Numbered from the stretch's first letter, positions 10,633-20,984 are shown. The stretch: DNA of 64,000 nucleotides from Thermoplasmata archaeon (GCA_003552585.1 PUNK01000057.1:720-64719), one strand, 5' to 3'. A program made the numbers and translations. Notes: a model not told the origin generated them from the letters alone.

Positions 10633-11002
10633 AATAAAAGCTGAGAAATACTTTAAATGTACAGACAAGGAGCGAGCTTCTTTCGAGCTTGGTATTAAAC
10701 TCGGTGCGCTTTTTCACCAGTTTGTAGGTGCACCTGTTAGCAGCAAAAACATAAACATTTTAGAGAAGGCTATTGAAAAAACAACCGAAAGACAGATTTT
10801 TGTCAAAAAGGCAGAGGTGCGAATTATACCTAAAGGACTTGATAAAAGAAAAGAATCTGTATTCCATGATTATACCACTTTGACAGGTGAGATGTTAGAT
10901 GCAAAGGTTGAAGTGGATTACAAGGGGATAAAGGCGGTAGGACGTTTAAAATATATCGAGGAGCTTGATTATCCGCTCATGTTTCTAGAGTCGATAGACT
11001 GA
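10619..11002 (+). CDS. small conserved archaeal protein, possibly dihydroneopterin aldolase MptD family
   Basis: ~125 aa; ERASFELGIKLGALFHQFVGAPVS block; family assignment from memory only. Confidence 0.35.
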   Translation: MIEDEIKAEKYFKCTDKERASFELGIKLGALFHQFVGAPVSSKNINILEKAIEKTTERQIFVKKAEVRIIPKGLDKRKESVFHDYTTLTGEMLDAKVEVDYKGIKAVGRLKYIEELDYPLMFLESID

Positions 11003-11055
11003 AAAATTTGGCAAAGTATTTCTATTAGAAGGTAGTATCACTGGAGAGAGATAAG

Positions 11056-11604
11056 ATGGCTAGAAGTTTGAAAATAGGCATTAGTGGAACAATGGGTCTC
11101 GGAAAGACCGATACCCTGAAGAATATCATAGATATGCTAAATGACGAAGGTATCTCTGTTGGGGGGATGCTGACAGACCCTATATTCGAAGATAATAGAC
11201 AGGTAGGGTTTCAAGTGATGGACTGGAAGACAAAAGAGAAGGCGGTTTATGCACATCTGTATATGGATTCTCCCCTTGAGGTTAATGGATATCATGTTGA
11301 TCTGAATGTCATAGAGCAGGTGGGTGTAAAGGCTATTGAAAGGGCAGCAGCTAACGATGATGTAGTATTAGTGGATGAGGCGAGTAAGATAATAGTAAAG
11401 AGTGATAGTTTTAACAAGGTTGTCAAAGCAGCTTTGAATATGGATAAACCGATGATATTGACATTCCATAAAAAATCCCGTAATCCTCTTTTACAAGATG
11501 TGAGGAGGAGAGACGATATTCGAATACTAGAGCTTACAGAGATAAACAAGGATCTTTTACCTTACAAAGTCGTAGACCTGATCAAAGGTGAATTAAAGGG
11601 ATGA
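11056..11604 (+). CDS. THEP1-type nucleoside triphosphatase (COG1618)
   Basis: P-loop GTMGLGKTDT, Walker B VVLVDEASKI, ~180 aa. Confidence 0.65.
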   Translation: MARSLKIGISGTMGLGKTDTLKNIIDMLNDEGISVGGMLTDPIFEDNRQVGFQVMDWKTKEKAVYAHLYMDSPLEVNGYHVDLNVIEQVGVKAIERAAANDDVVLVDEASKIIVKSDSFNKVVKAALNMDKPMILTFHKKSRNPLLQDVRRRDDIRILELTEINKDLLPYKVVDLIKGELKG

Positions 11605-12668
11605 ACTTCGTGAAACTGATCACGGTCAGTGAAGGTGAAACAAAATTTAGAGTTCCAGAGCATGAAAAAGGAGCAGGACCGAAATCCGTTGGTAAATCAG
11701 TATTTTATAACCCTGCTATGGAATTGAACAGGGATATCTCTATATCACTTTTAAAGGCATGGCCAGAGAAAAAAAAACGTGTACTAGATGGCATGACAGC
11801 TACTGGGGCTAGAGGGGTGAGAATAGCTAACGAAGTAGATCTAGATGATTTAGCCATGATCGATAAATCGACGAAAGCAGTAAAACTTGCCAAAGAAAAT
11901 ATAGAATCTATAGGTTTACAAGCGAAAGTTATACATGACACGATCCAAAGCCATCTATCTAAAAGCAATCGTTATTACAATTTTATAGATATTGACCCAT
12001 TCGGCACTCCTGTGCCTTTTATCCCCTCAGCCTTTTGCAACATTTCTCATGGGGGGATCGTTGCAGTGACAGCCACCGATACTGCAGTTTTGTGTGGAAC
12101 ATACCCTGTCAAATGTAGGCGTATATACTCGTCCGATCCTAAAAATAACTGGTGTCGGCATGAAATCGGTCTGAGGATATTGATTTCTCATTGTGTTAGA
12201 GAATCTGCTAGGTATGACAGGGCTATACGTCCCCTTTTATCTTACTACCAAGGACATCATTTTCGGACTTACCTTGAGGTGAAAGATGGGGCAAGGAGGG
12301 CTAACTCTTGTCTAGATAAGCTTTCCTTATACGAATTTGACGAATTCTCGTGGTCCGAAGATGGTCCTACTGGACCACTTTGGTCTGGTAAACTCCACGA
12401 TGGAAATATTTTAGACCTGATGAATCCCGTCGGAAGAATGAGCAAAGATATGATCGAACTCTGGAAAAAGGAAAGTTCTTTTCCCCCTTTCTTTTACGAC
12501 ACGAATATAATGGGAAGCGTTTTTGGTAGATCCCCACCCTCTTTGGATCAGATGATAGTTGGATTGAAAGATCAAGGCTATGGAGCAATAAAGACACATT
12601 TCTCCCCAACTGGACTGAAGACTAAGGCTCCTGCAGAAAAGGTAAGAGAGGTTTTCAACGGACTCTAG
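11601..12668 (+). CDS. trm1: tRNA (guanine26-N2)-dimethyltransferase
   Basis: FYNPAMELNRD Trm1 signature plus the SAM-binding LDGMTATGARGVR. Confidence 0.85.
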   Translation: MNFVKLITVSEGETKFRVPEHEKGAGPKSVGKSVFYNPAMELNRDISISLLKAWPEKKKRVLDGMTATGARGVRIANEVDLDDLAMIDKSTKAVKLAKENIESIGLQAKVIHDTIQSHLSKSNRYYNFIDIDPFGTPVPFIPSAFCNISHGGIVAVTATDTAVLCGTYPVKCRRIYSSDPKNNWCRHEIGLRILISHCVRESARYDRAIRPLLSYYQGHHFRTYLEVKDGARRANSCLDKLSLYEFDEFSWSEDGPTGPLWSGKLHDGNILDLMNPVGRMSKDMIELWKKESSFPPFFYDTNIMGSVFGRSPPSLDQMIVGLKDQGYGAIKTHFSPTGLKTKAPAEKVREVFNGL

Positions 12669-14382
12669 AATCGAACTCAATTATAGGACATTTTTGTAAA
12701 CATTTTTGACACTGAATACATCTCTCTTCATGTAATCTTATCCCGTCTTCAAGGTAAAGAGCATTTTTTGGACAAGCTGCAACACATACTCCACACGAGG
12801 TACAATGTTCGATTCTACGGTAGATATTTTGAATAGTCCTCTCTTTTGGTTCGTCTTTAAATATGTTCATCATCTCTTTGACTCTGTTTGTCATTATGTA
12901 TTCGTAATTAATTTCTTCATCTTTTTCTGGATTTTCAATAGAATCATCTACTAATTTTTCCACTTCATCAGGTATATCGAGCCATCGCCATAGTCCGAAT
13001 TCGATCCACTCATCAGGCAGTTCGAGTTCTTCTTTGTATTCTATCAATTTTTCTTTGAAAATATGAAAATCGTCGAGTTTTTCTTCTAAAATTTCGAGTT
13101 CAGCCAGATCAGATGCTGGACACACCCAGCAACCGATCCTTTCAAATCCTTTTTCATACCAAGGGTTATAGTCTGCATCTTTCATGAACAAATATAGCCA
13201 AACATGTAATGCTGTCCAATTCTGTATAGGGGAAGCTCCTATCTGATCTGGCACCCATGGATTCGTCCACGTATCTCCATGAAACATTCGGTTCTCCGAT
13301 TCGTACCTCCTTTGTCCTATGAATGATAGTAATCCATCAGGATATCTTTCCTTAATCAATAGTGCTGTGGGACCTAACTTGCATGTTTTGCAACACCATC
13401 TGTAGTCACGGGCAGAAGGGCCAAAATAATCTACATTGTCCCAATACCCTGTTTTAGCGTCCTTTGTGATCACATTGAGACCGTATCTTTCGGCAGTTTG
13501 TTTAACATTTTTTATCGTTTCTGGCAATTCGATACCTGTATCGATAAATATCATATCTGGTTTGAGATCAGCATCCAGTACCAATAGAAGAGTAGCCAAA
13601 GAATCTTTTCCTCCACTGTATGAAACAGCCATAGGCACCTGGTGTTCTTTTACAGTTTCTTCAATGAACTCTACTGACTCGGAAACCAAATCATCTACTA
13701 TATGGCGGTTCCCTCTGATGGCTTTTTTCCAATCACAAGGACTTAACATTTCGGGTTTATTTTTTGACCGCCATCTTACCTTTACACCTTTACCTTTGGA
13801 TCTGTTAACGAGTTCTTCGCCGGATAGATGAGACCGTCCAGCACCGATGACATTTCCCTCAGGAGATGTTATTATGACCTCGTCTCCTTCGGCTATCTTT
13901 TGATCAGCATCTATTATCCCTGGCGCCAACGCACTAGCACCATTTTTTATCGGATCAACGGCACCTTTATCAACAACTGCATATCCCTTCGTAGGTCTAG
14001 GCATCTCACCGTGAGGCCTTAAAATGAAGGAATAAGGCTCTTTATTTTTGATCCGATCTTCTACTACATATCTAATAATTCCTCTGACTTTCCCATCTAC
14101 TATCACCTCATCCATCCTATCCTCTGCCGGACAGCTATTCAGTAGAACTAACTTGTTTTCAGGGATTATGTTTTTCCAATATCCTTCACCCCACTGCCTG
14201 TCGATCGTGTTCCTTATCAAATCAAGATCATGTTCAAAAGCAGGCCTTACATCACCAGGAGGTGTGATCTTAACGGGCTCACCTTCCTCTGAGCATATTC
14301 CACAGTTTGACTTTTCAACAAGAGGTATATTGCAATTGAAGCACCAATGAAGATGTACCTTACCTAGGTAAACCGCAGGCAT
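12655..14382 (-). CDS. PAPS reductase-family (PP-loop) protein with N-terminal Cys-rich/PUA-like region and C-terminal 2x[4Fe-4S] ferredoxin domain
   Basis: SYSGGKDS PP-loop; C-terminal CTSCGVCVAACP and CIQCQKCLQKCP. Confidence 0.65.
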   Translation of the reverse strand: MPAVYLGKVHLHWCFNCNIPLVEKSNCGICSEEGEPVKITPPGDVRPAFEHDLDLIRNTIDRQWGEGYWKNIIPENKLVLLNSCPAEDRMDEVIVDGKVRGIIRYVVEDRIKNKEPYSFILRPHGEMPRPTKGYAVVDKGAVDPIKNGASALAPGIIDADQKIAEGDEVIITSPEGNVIGAGRSHLSGEELVNRSKGKGVKVRWRSKNKPEMLSPCDWKKAIRGNRHIVDDLVSESVEFIEETVKEHQVPMAVSYSGGKDSLATLLLVLDADLKPDMIFIDTGIELPETIKNVKQTAERYGLNVITKDAKTGYWDNVDYFGPSARDYRWCCKTCKLGPTALLIKERYPDGLLSFIGQRRYESENRMFHGDTWTNPWVPDQIGASPIQNWTALHVWLYLFMKDADYNPWYEKGFERIGCWVCPASDLAELEILEEKLDDFHIFKEKLIEYKEELELPDEWIEFGLWRWLDIPDEVEKLVDDSIENPEKDEEINYEYIMTNRVKEMMNIFKDEPKERTIQNIYRRIEHCTSCGVCVAACPKNALYLEDGIRLHEERCIQCQKCLQKCPIIEFDSRVR

Positions 14383-14427
14383 AGATTACTCAACCTTTGT
14401 AAGAGGGATAAAACATTTTGCATAGAT

Positions 14428-14901
14428 TCAATCGTCCAAAGCAGAGTTTGCTGTGTTTAGTATCGATTTTAACTTTCCCTCTAATATATTTACTTTGGTA
14501 CGAAGACGTGCGTTTTCTTTCTTTAGTTCATCAAATCTTTTCCTTAATTGAGCATTTGGTCCAGAAAATATATGTTTATTTTCTGTTGTTTTTGTCTCTA
14601 TGGTTGATTGGTCCACACCTTTTAGGTGATATGCCAACTTGATTTGAACTTCGATCAAATTGTTCTTTTGTATGCTAAAGTACACACTATTCTTATTCAA
14701 TTTTTTGTAGTTTCGGTGAAGTTCGAGGTCCCCGGTGACTAGGATATCATCATCTTCCATCAGCTCATATATCTCCATATCCAATAGGCTTGTGTGATCC
14801 CTGCCTATATCCACGAATTTTCCTTCTCTATGAAAATCTTTTATCTCTCTTTTTATATTGGCTGGAAGATTTTCATCCAATATTATTCGCATGTTATCCA
14901 T
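14428..14901 (-). CDS. PIN-like DUF5615-type domain protein with C-terminal coiled coil (ORF track start 15018 probably too early)
   Basis: MRIILDENLPANIKREI...ILVTGDLEL matches the MxxLLDENL start of DUF5615; coiled-coil tail. Confidence 0.45.
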   Translation of the reverse strand: MDNMRIILDENLPANIKREIKDFHREGKFVDIGRDHTSLLDMEIYELMEDDDILVTGDLELHRNYKKLNKNSVYFSIQKNNLIEVQIKLAYHLKGVDQSTIETKTTENKHIFSGPNAQLRKRFDELKKENARLRTKVNILEGKLKSILNTANSALDD

Positions 14902-15005
14902 CGATGTAAACCGGATGGATATATTTTTTGGTCCGATGTTCTTTTTTCCAAAACAGTAATATATGTGTCCGTAGGTTATTTTGTCTAGTAAATATAGGGA
15001 GACAT

Positions 15006-16298
15006 ATGCTGAAAGCAAAGATAGTGTCCATGTTTACATTACTGCTCGTGGCGTTATTAGTTACTTCTAGTTTGACCCATGCAGTTTCTTCAGAAGAATT
15101 CAAATGGGATTTAGATGACGTTTGGTCCGCAGGCTTTGAAGATGAAATAAAAAATTTTAATTTTCCTGGAGTTGAGCTTGATATTGAAGAGTCCATGAAA
15201 CATTTTGAAGAGATACAGTATGAGATTGATGGTGAGGGTGGTTATTACACCGTGATGGAAGTGTTAGAAAAAGACGAGGATCATTTTCAGTTGAATATCA
15301 AAGGGGGTGGTGGGGTACATGTGACTATGTCAACATATATTGAGGGGGAGTTTATCACGGAAGGAACCTATCATCAACCTTTTGATCCCCCCGTAGAGGA
15401 TATGATCATAGATGTTAAAGGCAACATACATCTAGTTAATTCATTCAGTGGGACCATGGTCGTTGAAAAAAGAAATCTTACCATAGAGTCCTTTGACTAT
15501 TATTCCCACTGGAGGATGAGGGGTAGATTGGAGGGAGAAAATATTACCTTTCACAACTTTACTGATGATATTCAGACTTACAGATACGAGGATGTTGACA
15601 TCACTTTTCAGAACAGCTCGATTCATTCGATCAATGTCGACTTCTTAGCTCCACTGAATCTAATTGACATTCCGCCGGAAACAGATCAGAATTGGAGCAT
15701 GGAGGTTCCCGTTGATATCGAAGGAGCTTATGGTGGTCGATTATATTATTTGGGACTACCAGAACACAGAGCTGAAGAGATACTGGGTGATCATGGAGCA
15801 GATAAGTTTCCGATATATTTTGATGAGGTGGAAACGGGTAGAGAATATGCCCATGATGGAGTTATAGAACAGGTGGAGAAGGTTTTGTATCTCCGGGGCG
15901 CGGAAAGTGATCCGAATATTACAACTCCCCATGAAGAAGATATTTTCGTGATCAATTGCAGTGTAGATATGGGTTATGATCCAGAAATGACATTCAAACT
16001 ATATTTGGATGAAGAGGCAAATACTATCTTAGCTCATGAGTGGTTAACTTTTCCATACCACGAATTTGTAAAGGAAGGTATGAGCATGGAGTCTTTTCAT
16101 CTAAGACCCGTTCCTGAAGAAATAGCTAGGGAAAGGATGGATGAATTGAATAAATTGCCATACACTCCTGTCGAAATGCTTATCAACCCTCCTTATGCAT
16201 ATTATCTCATGTTTACTCTTTTAGGTATAGCTATAGCTATTTATGCTTATAAAAAATTATATAGGGACCCGAAAAAGATAATGAGGCATGAAAAATAA
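15006..16298 (+). CDS. secreted protein with signal peptide and C-terminal TM anchor, function unknown
   Basis: MLKAKIVSMFTLLLVALLVTSSLTHA signal peptide; C-terminal YYLMFTLLGIAIAIYAYKKLYRDPKK. Confidence 0.5.
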   Translation: MLKAKIVSMFTLLLVALLVTSSLTHAVSSEEFKWDLDDVWSAGFEDEIKNFNFPGVELDIEESMKHFEEIQYEIDGEGGYYTVMEVLEKDEDHFQLNIKGGGGVHVTMSTYIEGEFITEGTYHQPFDPPVEDMIIDVKGNIHLVNSFSGTMVVEKRNLTIESFDYYSHWRMRGRLEGENITFHNFTDDIQTYRYEDVDITFQNSSIHSINVDFLAPLNLIDIPPETDQNWSMEVPVDIEGAYGGRLYYLGLPEHRAEEILGDHGADKFPIYFDEVETGREYAHDGVIEQVEKVLYLRGAESDPNITTPHEEDIFVINCSVDMGYDPEMTFKLYLDEEANTILAHEWLTFPYHEFVKEGMSMESFHLRPVPEEIARERMDELNKLPYTPVEMLINPPYAYYLMFTLLGIAIAIYAYKKLYRDPKKIMRHEK

Positions 16299-16325
16299 TT
16301 TATATAATATCAACATTTAACATCC

Positions 16326-16493
16326 ATGGTCGTTAAAATAGACGAGGAAACCTGTATAGCTTGTGGATTATGTGTCGAAGCATGTCCTGTAGATGCCTTG
16401 GCCGTTGAAGATGTAGCTAAAGTGGATGAATCAAAATGTGAGGATATAGGAGACTGCGTGGCTGTCTGTCCCGTAGATGCATTATCTCTATAG
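16326..16493 (+). CDS. ferredoxin, 55 aa, 7-Cys type (CxxCxxCxxxCP plus CxxxxxCxxxCP)
   Basis: translation [55 protein letters not shown]; absent from the ORF track (<60 aa). Confidence 0.75.
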   Translation: MVVKIDEETCIACGLCVEACPVDALAVEDVAKVDESKCEDIGDCVAVCPVDALSL

Positions 16494-16544
16494 AACATGC
16501 GAAAAAGATTTATATGAATTATACTTCCTCCATCCTGTGATATC

Positions 16545-16712
16545 ATGGTAGTAGAAGTTGACGAAGAAGCGTGCATTGCCTGCGGCCAGTGTGAACCTGA
16601 GTGTCCTGTAGATGCCATAATCATGGAGGATGTAGCCATCATCGACGAGGACACATGTATAGACTGTGGAAACTGTATTGAAGTTTGCCCAGTAGATGCA
16701 CTGAGCTTATAA
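16545..16712 (+). CDS. ferredoxin, 55 aa, 8-Cys 2x[4Fe-4S] type
   Basis: translation [55 protein letters not shown]; tandem paralog of the gene 52 nt upstream. Confidence 0.75.
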   Translation: MVVEVDEEACIACGQCEPECPVDAIIMEDVAIIDEDTCIDCGNCIEVCPVDALSL

Positions 16713-16739
16713 TCCAAACACTATTCTCTAAACCCTTTT

Positions 16740-17201
16740 TTATTTGTAATAGTCTTTTCCATGAAATTTTTCAATGATCATATCACTCTCTTCCAACATT
16801 TCTTGAGCAAGGTCATCAGGATAACCTTCTTTGTAAACTATTTTATCTAAATTGGCATTGATCATTATTTTAACGCAAAGTACGCATGGATGATGAGTAG
16901 TGTACAGTGTCCCTCCTTTCACACTTACACCGAAAACAGCCGCTTGAATCACCGCATTTTGTTCAGCATGAACCCCTCTACACAACTCATGCCGTGTACC
17001 AGATCGAATTTTCATCTCTTTCCTCCGACAACCCACTTCTGAACAGTGGGGTGAATCTTTTGGAGCTCCGTTGTATCCTGTGCTTATAACCTGTTTGTCT
17101 TTGACTATCACCGCACCAACTTTTCTTCTGAGACAGGTAGATCTTTCTGCAGCTAACTTTGCCATCGCCATAAAATATTCGTCTACGTTAGGTCGTATCA
17201 T
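16740..17201 (-). CDS. dCMP deaminase (CMP/dCMP deaminase zinc-binding family)
   Basis: HAEQNA ... PCVLCVKIMINANLDKIVY zinc-binding motifs. Confidence 0.8.
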   Translation of the reverse strand: MIRPNVDEYFMAMAKLAAERSTCLRRKVGAVIVKDKQVISTGYNGAPKDSPHCSEVGCRRKEMKIRSGTRHELCRGVHAEQNAVIQAAVFGVSVKGGTLYTTHHPCVLCVKIMINANLDKIVYKEGYPDDLAQEMLEESDMIIEKFHGKDYYK

Positions 17202-17351
17202 TGAAATCCGTATTGTTTATGTGCTTATGATTTTTTCGTAAAGTAAGAGAACCTTTATAAATGGTTAATCGATAGCCCTTTTGTTGAAAACAGAAGCAAA
17301 AGGTCCTTATATGAAAATAAGGGTCTAAAAAATCCCCTCGGAGGGAAAAAT

Positions 17352-17918
17352 ATGGCGGATATAAATGTAGAAAACGTGGTGGCATCGGCCACCCTCGGAA
17401 AATCGTTCGACCTTGATGAGGTACACGAGATATTGGAAGGCTCAGAATATGATCCAGAAAAGTTCAGAGGTGTTATTTACAGGGTTAGGACACCTGAATT
17501 GAGGACATCTGTTCTAATATTCAGGAGTGGTAAGATGGTCTGTACTGGGGCCACTAAAGTTGATGAGATATATTCTACAGTAGATTATCTCAAAGAAATA
17601 TTGATGGAGCATGAACTTTTAGTGTTGGAGAAACCCGAGGTTCAGGTACAGAATATCGTAGCTACAACTGATCTAGGCCACCCCTTGAATCTTAACTCTG
17701 TAGCGATATCATTGGGGCTCGAAAGAATAGAATATGAACCGGAACAATTTCCTGGACTTGTATTCAGGATGGACGATCCCAGACTGGTGATGTTGTTTTT
17801 CGGCTCTGGAAAGGTGGTATGCACTGGTGGAAAGAAGATCGAAGATATTGAAAAAGGGATCGAGAAGATATCCCTCGAGTTGATCAGAACCGGCTTCCTG
17901 CCCGAGGATAGTACCTGA
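17352..17918 (+). CDS. tbp: TATA-box binding protein
   Basis: two direct TBP repeats; GGAGGG SD 7 nt upstream. Confidence 0.95.
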   Translation: MADINVENVVASATLGKSFDLDEVHEILEGSEYDPEKFRGVIYRVRTPELRTSVLIFRSGKMVCTGATKVDEIYSTVDYLKEILMEHELLVLEKPEVQVQNIVATTDLGHPLNLNSVAISLGLERIEYEPEQFPGLVFRMDDPRLVMLFFGSGKVVCTGGKKIEDIEKGIEKISLELIRTGFLPEDST

Positions 17919-17948
17919 TCTTAAAAATGGGTTTTATGAGATGTTCTC

Positions 17949-18863
17949 ATGGAAGAAATCAGTATTGAAATACCGGAACTTGTTAAAGATGTACTGATTT
18001 CTCTATTAATACTTGCTATAATTTTAAGCTCTCTGTATGTGTACACCGGTAGATGGCCACCTATGGTCGTGGTTGAATCAGGAAGCATGAGCCACTTTGA
18101 GGGAGAGAGCAGGATAGGTGTGATAGATGCAGGGGATATTGTTTTAGTGAGACATCGTGAAAAGGTCGAAATTGTTAGCTATGTAGAAGGAAAAGCGATC
18201 GGGCATGAAAGATATGGACAATATGGTGATGTGATCATATTTAGACCCGATGGTGATAAACAACGCACACCTATAATCCATCGTCCAGTAGTATGGCTTG
18301 AATTTAATGAAACTACCGGAGACTCTTTTGATGTACCATCCCTTCGATACCTTGAACATAGTGTGGAATGGAATACGACCCAAGGTGAAAGATATTTCGA
18401 TTTAAATGGTACGGTTTATATTTACGATTATGGACATCGGGGTGTAACATTAGAGATCAATCTTGACAGTTTGATAAATCGTGGTTCGCGGTCAGGATAT
18501 ATCACCATGGGTGATAATAATATCCGTAGAGACCGAGGACGTTATGACCAGGCTGCTCGTATAGCGGATCACCCTATCCGTGAAGAATGGATCGTCGGAA
18601 AAGCTCGCGGTGAGTTGCCATGGTATGGTATAATCAAATTGCTTTATCTTGGCAATATTGATGATATACCTACGAACAGCTGGTATTACTTTTTTTCGTC
18701 TATTTTTCTGATAGTATTAATCCCCTTCATCATAGAAATTATTTTAGATAGATATAAGAAAGACGATGAGAGGAAAAAAAGAGAAGATAAGAAATTTCAA
18801 AAAGATAAAAATCTGCCTGTATTGAAGAAAAAATCTTCAAAAGGGGATCAACCCTTTAAATGA
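17949..18863 (+). CDS. signal peptidase I (archaeal/ER type, S26)
   Basis: SGSM box B, GDIVLV box C, GDNN box E; Lys-rich C-terminal tail. Confidence 0.75.
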   Translation: MEEISIEIPELVKDVLISLLILAIILSSLYVYTGRWPPMVVVESGSMSHFEGESRIGVIDAGDIVLVRHREKVEIVSYVEGKAIGHERYGQYGDVIIFRPDGDKQRTPIIHRPVVWLEFNETTGDSFDVPSLRYLEHSVEWNTTQGERYFDLNGTVYIYDYGHRGVTLEINLDSLINRGSRSGYITMGDNNIRRDRGRYDQAARIADHPIREEWIVGKARGELPWYGIIKLLYLGNIDDIPTNSWYYFFSSIFLIVLIPFIIEIILDRYKKDDERKKREDKKFQKDKNLPVLKKKSSKGDQPFK

Positions 18864-20142
18864 GGCGTGTTTGTTTTGATTCCATAGTTTTTAACTTATC
18901 GACAGGGGTTATACTTTCGTCTTCTTCTATAGTCAAGATTGTATCTCTCTCAGGGACGCTGAGTTGTATCTCTTTAGTTCTCCCCCTCCTCCCGAATGAT
19001 TTTACCCGTGCGTTTACCAGGCCTAGCATATCCAGCTCGGAGATGATATCGGTGATCCTTCTTTGTGTGAGGGAGTCCATACCAGAGTGAGCACACAGTT
19101 CTTTATATCCCGCATAAACTTCTCCCGTGGTCAACTTATCATGTCCGTTTTTGTGACTCAATAATATGGAATATAATACTAACTTTGAGTGAGTGGGAAG
19201 TGTGATAACCGCTTCTCTTACACAGTCCTGCTCGATCTTGTTCTTCGCTTTGTAGACATGATTTGGGTCAACTTTACTACATCTTTCCCTCTCTGCTATC
19301 TCGGTTGAAACTCTTAAAAGATCTAGAGCCCGTCTTGCGTCTCCGTGTTCTTGAGCAGCTAAAGCAGCACAAAGAGCCACCACTTCTTCGTCCATGATCT
19401 GTTCCGCATCGAATGCCTTTTTCACTCTTTCATTGAGTATGTCTTTTAACTGTTCTGCATTGTATGGTGGAAAGATCACTTTTTCCTCACCCAACCTGCT
19501 TCTTACTCTAGGATCTAAAAATTCGGTAAACCTTAAATTATTCGATATACCTATTAAACTGACCTTGCTATTTTTCAATTCCGAATTTATTTTCGATAGG
19601 TGGTAAAGTACAGTATCCCCGCTTTTAGCTACGAGCTTATCGAGTTCATCCAATATTATTACGACCACTTTTGGTTTTTTATCGATCCTTTGTTTCAAGG
19701 ATTCGTAAACCTTTTCCATCGGCCAACCAGTGAAAGGTATCTGTTCACTCCAAGATTCCATGAATTTATTACCTATGTTCTTCATGACTCCATAATGAGT
19801 ATCAACGACTTCACAATTGATGTAAACATACTCAACCCTGTCAACATCAAATTCGCTTAACTCGCCGTTCAATTCGCTTTTTGTGTTCTCTCTTTTAAGT
19901 CTACCCACTTCCCTTTCTAGATATCTCACCACTGCGGTTTTCCCCGTACCGGTTTTTCCAAAGATGAGAACATTAGACGGGCGGTTTCCTCGAAGGGCGG
20001 TGACTAAAATAGATGCTAATTCGTTTATATACTCTTCTCTGTGAGGTAAGACCTCTGGGATATAGGAAGGACGTAAGATATCTTTGTCCCCTTTAAACAC
20101 CGTTTTGGAGTGCATATATGATGTGAATATATTCTCTTGCAT
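18856..20142 (-). CDS. cdc6: Orc1/Cdc6 replication initiator
   Basis: AAA+ GKTGTGKT plus C-terminal winged helix; 428 aa. Confidence 0.95.
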   Translation of the reverse strand: MQENIFTSYMHSKTVFKGDKDILRPSYIPEVLPHREEYINELASILVTALRGNRPSNVLIFGKTGTGKTAVVRYLEREVGRLKRENTKSELNGELSEFDVDRVEYVYINCEVVDTHYGVMKNIGNKFMESWSEQIPFTGWPMEKVYESLKQRIDKKPKVVVIILDELDKLVAKSGDTVLYHLSKINSELKNSKVSLIGISNNLRFTEFLDPRVRSRLGEEKVIFPPYNAEQLKDILNERVKKAFDAEQIMDEEVVALCAALAAQEHGDARRALDLLRVSTEIAERERCSKVDPNHVYKAKNKIEQDCVREAVITLPTHSKLVLYSILLSHKNGHDKLTTGEVYAGYKELCAHSGMDSLTQRRITDIISELDMLGLVNARVKSFGRRGRTKEIQLSVPERDTILTIEEDESITPVDKLKTMESKQTRLI

Positions 20143-20474
20143 GTTATTATCATCCTGGATGTGAAATTTTTTTATATCTCCTGTTTAAGACCCCTTCGTT
20201 TCAAGTGGAAATCTTATTTACACTTATAGATGGAAGCTTGCTTTGTAATGCTTTCTTTTGTCGCTAATCACTTGCACCTTACAGGAAATGAGGGATAAAG
20301 GACACTATAAAAAAAGCTTTCGTCAGACGTTTACTGAGGAAGTTGTTATAGGTTATTTATACACGTTGTATGACGCTTTATAAAGGTATTTATAGTAATA
20401 ATGTAAACGTTATATATAATTACTGCAGTATCAAAAGAAATATCTGTTTCTCGCTATCCGTTTAAGCCGGAAGA
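20143..20474. other. candidate replication origin (oriC): AT-rich DUE with ORB-like elements
   Basis: TTTCAAGTGGAAAT at ~20199-20212 resembles the mini-ORB consensus TTCCAGTGGAAAC; related copies at ~20491-20504 and ~20530-20539; immediately upstream of orc1/cdc6. Confidence 0.5.
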
Positions 20475-20984
20475 TCATCCGGTAGTGCAGGATTTCAAGT
20501 GTAGTTTTTTCGCTTCTTTCATCCATGTCGGTGGAAATCGATCATTTTCTATCAGCTGGATGATATGATCTAAAGTTTCTAGAGCTCTTTTTTTGTAATC
20601 GCTTCTTAATGTGGATTCTTTGAATTCGTCCATATCTAAGATCATGTAATCAAGATCTGGTTCCGTCCAAACGTCTAGTAAGAGGTCTAGAGCCTTGTAA
20701 CCACCTTCTATCCTTTTCAAAGGAGTACGTATGTCAGAGTAATATCCTTTCAAATTTTTTTCTTTATCATATACTTCAACCACATTGTACCATGAGTCCA
20801 TAGGATCGTATAATATGCCAGAAAAACCATCATCTATCAGAGTGGTATCATTATGGGTAAAAGGTTTTTTTAGGTCGAATTTAAAAGATGAGATGATCAC
20901 ATCCCCTGTATCAGCTACTAGTTCATGCACCCATTCCCTTTCATCTTGTTTTACACGTTCATATCTTACTTTTATCATCTTCAC
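20475..20984 (-). CDS. DUF402 family protein
   Basis: YYSDIRTP ... DLLLDVW...PD...LDMDEF matches the DUF402 pattern. Confidence 0.5.
   Translation of the reverse strand: MKMIKVRYERVKQDEREWVHELVADTGDVIISSFKFDLKKPFTHNDTTLIDDGFSGILYDPMDSWYNVVEVYDKEKNLKGYYSDIRTPLKRIEGGYKALDLLLDVWTEPDLDYMILDMDEFKESTLRSDYKKRALETLDHIIQLIENDRFPPTWMKEAKKLHLKSCTTG

Noticed and set aside
16310-16717. 135-aa minus-strand ORF from the six-frame track
   Set aside because: It is the antisense of two convincing plus-strand ferredoxin genes. Its Ser/Thr/Met-rich translation has no domain-like features.
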